Part shown: in pieces, positions 6,256-7,777 of the stretch
How positions within the stretch are numbered: position 1 is the first letter of the stretch
How the letters are laid out: every line of letters starts with the position of its first letter
Source of the DNA: a virus
Lineage: Duplodnaviria; Heunggongvirae; Uroviricota; Caudoviricetes
Length of the DNA stretch: 7,777 nucleotides
Direction: 5' to 3' (one strand)
Virus record (IMG/VR): IMGVR_UViG_3300000059_000049
Location: 1 to 7,777 of that record
Made by a program: the position numbers and the translations under genes
Notes under the pieces: generated by a model
Databases searched by the model: none
Seen by the model: only the letters and a program-made list of their open reading frames with translations
What the model was told of the DNA's origin: nothing

Positions 6256-6888
6256 TCACTCTCCTTTGATGCGAATGCCAGGGGCGCGTGGCACATTAAC
6301 TTCCACGATGCGCACAGTTGGTTTGTACATCTCAATTGCTGTCAGCCAGTCAGCTCCTGTCATGCGCTTTTCCGCATCGCCATTAGTCCACTGAACCGGT
6401 ACACCAATAGCCTTCATCGCGATTTCTATTTCCCCGGCAATGGCGCTTTTTCCGCAACCAGTAAAACCAGAAACAACGACAAGAACTTCACCTTTGGCTG
6501 GTTTTATTTCCCGTGCTTCCAGTTCTGCAATACGCTTACTCCCATCCGAGATAACACCTTCGTAATACTCGCGTTGCTCGTTGAGTTTTGATTTTGCTTC
6601 CTCAAGCTCAACACGCAGCTTCCCTACCGTTAGCGCAATATCCTCGTTCTCCTGGTCACGGCGTTTGATGTATTGCTGGTTTCTTTCCCGTTCATCCAGT
6701 AGTGCCAGCACGGTTTCTGGTCCGGCCAGAAATTTGAAGGCGTTGAGCGCATCAATATCCACACCGTAATCTTTAAGTTCCTGTTCACTTATCAGATCAT
6801 CATCAACTGGCAACATTAACAGGCGTTCCATTGCCGGAATTGCACGTTCTGCCGCCTCACGCAGCGCCAGTGTGTCGATATTGCTCAT
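6256..6888 (-). CDS. Ea22-like coiled-coil phage protein with a Walker-A-like GxxGxGKS motif in its C-terminal part, 210 aa
   Basis: ATG at 6886-6888 with GAGGAGG upstream, overlapping the upstream stop (ATGA). N-terminus [16 protein letters not shown]; [13 protein letters not shown] segment shared with 647..1336 (38-nt DNA repeat). [18 protein letters not shown] is encoded at about 6430-6475. The longer form from 6912 is rejected. Confidence 0.75.
   Translation of the reverse strand: MSNIDTLALREAAERAIPAMERLLMLPVDDDLISEQELKDYGVDIDALNAFKFLAGPETVLALLDERERNQQYIKRRDQENEDIALTVGKLRVELEEAKSKLNEQREYYEGVISDGSKRIAELEAREIKPAKGEVLVVVSGFTGCGKSAIAGEIEIAMKAIGVPVQWTNGDAEKRMTGADWLTAIEMYKPTVRIVEVNVPRAPGIRIKGE
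6560..6597. repeat. 38-nt segment shared between Ea22-like paralogs (partner at 1023..1060)
   Basis: See partner at 1023..1060; read directly from the sequence. Confidence 0.7.
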
Positions 6889-7118
6889 TGTGCCTCCTCG
6901 ATTTCGTCCCATTCCACCCAGGCATTCTCTCCATCAGCATCGATTTCGCCTTTGTGACCGCATTTGGAACAGACGGCCTCATCACCCGCCCACAAAGAAT
7001 CTTTGGTTACCGACCATCCTGTTACCTTGGCTTTGCCGTGCTGGCACTTAGGGCAATCATCAAGCCATTCGACTTCGACCGTTGACGGACCAAATCCATG
7101 TTCAGTTCGGATGCTCAT
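6885..7118 (-). CDS. small zinc-ribbon protein (two CxxC pairs) with acidic C-terminus, 77 aa
   Basis: ATG at 7116-7118 overlaps the upstream stop (ATGA), AAGGAG 8 nt upstream. DDCPKCQHGKAKV...CSKCGHKGEI gives a CxxC-N26-CxxC zinc-ribbon pattern; ends EWDEIEEAQ. Confidence 0.7.
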   Translation of the reverse strand: MSIRTEHGFGPSTVEVEWLDDCPKCQHGKAKVTGWSVTKDSLWAGDEAVCSKCGHKGEIDADGENAWVEWDEIEEAQ

Positions 7119-7618
7119 GACTGAACTCCTTTGCGAATCTGTTCCGCCCATTCTTCAAGGGATTTCTCCGCATATTCACCGGACAGGCCATCAATTGGGT
7201 GCGGTTCATTAGCCAACTCTTCTTTCGCTGACAGAATCATGCGTGTAACGTCGAAAACTTCACGTAAAGACTTATTGATAAATCCGTGGTTGAAAGCGGC
7301 AGCAAGGCGGCTTGCGGTGTAGTTAATCCCCTCGTTGCGTGCCTCCGCACGTATTTCAGCCAGGAAAGCGTCGGTGGCTGGCATATTTCCTGTTACTTTC
7401 ATGGCCTCCAAAATAACCAGAACGCCATCTCGCCCAACCAACTCGGAGATAATCTCAGTGTTGTCGCCAACAACATCACAGAATGCCTGAACAGCTTTAC
7501 GAGCAAGTGCATTCTCCGCCGCCAGCGCCGCGCGCTCTTTCTCAAGTCGGGAAATTTCCGTTACATACTCAGCGTTACGCTCTGCCAGTTGTGCGGGCGT
7601 TAAACCTTCAGACTTCAT
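7115..7618 (-). CDS. Ea22-like mosaic coiled-coil phage protein, 167 aa
   Basis: ATG at 7616-7618 with AAGGAG 6 nt upstream. Predicted coiled-coil LEKERAALAAENALARKA and the [12 protein letters not shown] segment are paralogous to the 5224..5934 product, with near-identical DNA at 7347..7381 and 7509..7534. Confidence 0.75.
   Translation of the reverse strand: MKSEGLTPAQLAERNAEYVTEISRLEKERAALAAENALARKAVQAFCDVVGDNTEIISELVGRDGVLVILEAMKVTGNMPATDAFLAEIRAEARNEGINYTASRLAAAFNHGFINKSLREVFDVTRMILSAKEELANEPHPIDGLSGEYAEKSLEEWAEQIRKGVQS
7347..7381. repeat. 35-nt segment shared between paralogs (partner at 5369..5403)
   Basis: See partner at 5369..5403. Confidence 0.7.
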
Positions 7619-7777
7619 GCACTCTCCTTTCGAAATAAACGTACTGATTAATCATGCCCAGGGGCATTTCGAGTTTTTCTGCGATCTCACGGCGGGGAAC
7701 GCCACACTGATGAAGCTGCCGCGCCAGCTCTATATCGCTCTGCCGGTATTTGGCTGACTGGTGAAAGTCACCTTTCA
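7608..7777 (-). CDS. 3' end of a gene for a helix-turn-helix protein (start lies beyond the right edge)
   Basis: Minus-strand frame open from the window edge to TGA at 7608-7610: ...KGDFHQSAKYRQSDIELARQLHQCGVPRREIAEKLEMPLGMINQYVYFERRVHEV. The pattern resembles sigma-70 region-4 / LuxR-type HTH. Its last 11 nt overlap the start of the 7115..7618 gene. Not in the ORF track because no start codon lies within the window. Confidence 0.45.
   Translation of the reverse strand, partial: KGDFHQSAKYRQSDIELARQLHQCGVPRREIAEKLEMPLGMINQYVYFERRVHEV

Noticed and set aside
6430-6475. Calling the 6256..6888 product an ATPase on the strength of the GxxGxGKS motif
   Set aside because: Only ~60 residues follow the motif and there is no recognisable Walker B. 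It is kept as a finding to test, not as an annotation.
1-7777. CRISPR array, tRNA, rRNA, insertion sequence or integron features
   Set aside because: No regularly spaced direct repeats, no cloverleaf-like or rRNA-like segments, and no terminal inverted repeats flanking a transposase-like ORF were seen. The repeats present are coding-sequence paralogy between Ea22-like genes.

Overview
This 7.8-kb window reads as one densely packed, unidirectional block of a lambdoid-type enterobacterial prophage: I call 18 coding regions, all on the minus strand, and no rRNA, tRNA, CRISPR array or IS element. Nine consecutive genes (7618 down to 3740) are chained by 4-nt start/stop overlaps (ATGA or GTGA) or a 1-nt spacer, most with a clear Shine-Dalgarno, so they look like a single translationally coupled operon. 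Products I recognise from the translations: a lambda-PPase-type Ser/Thr phosphatase (GDLHG / GDLIDRG / GNHE motifs); a small protein whose C-terminus closely matches the ClpX N-terminal C4 zinc-binding domain; a family of four or five mosaic Ea22-like coiled-coil paralogs that share short near-identical DNA segments; a CxxC zinc-ribbon protein; a 331-aa protein with an HNH-like Cys/His cluster followed by a possibly ASCH/PUA-like protein; and, at the left end, an AT-rich gene for a single-pass membrane protein that looks like imported cargo. The only real intergenic gap (3636-3739) holds a perfect 9-bp inverted repeat overlapping a possible promoter. The best candidates for unexplored biology are the ClpX zinc-finger mimic, the HNH-like plus ASCH-like pair behind its own palindrome, and the AT-rich membrane-protein gene with an internal lacZ-like ribosome-binding site. 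All domain assignments are from motif recognition by eye; nothing was searched against a database.
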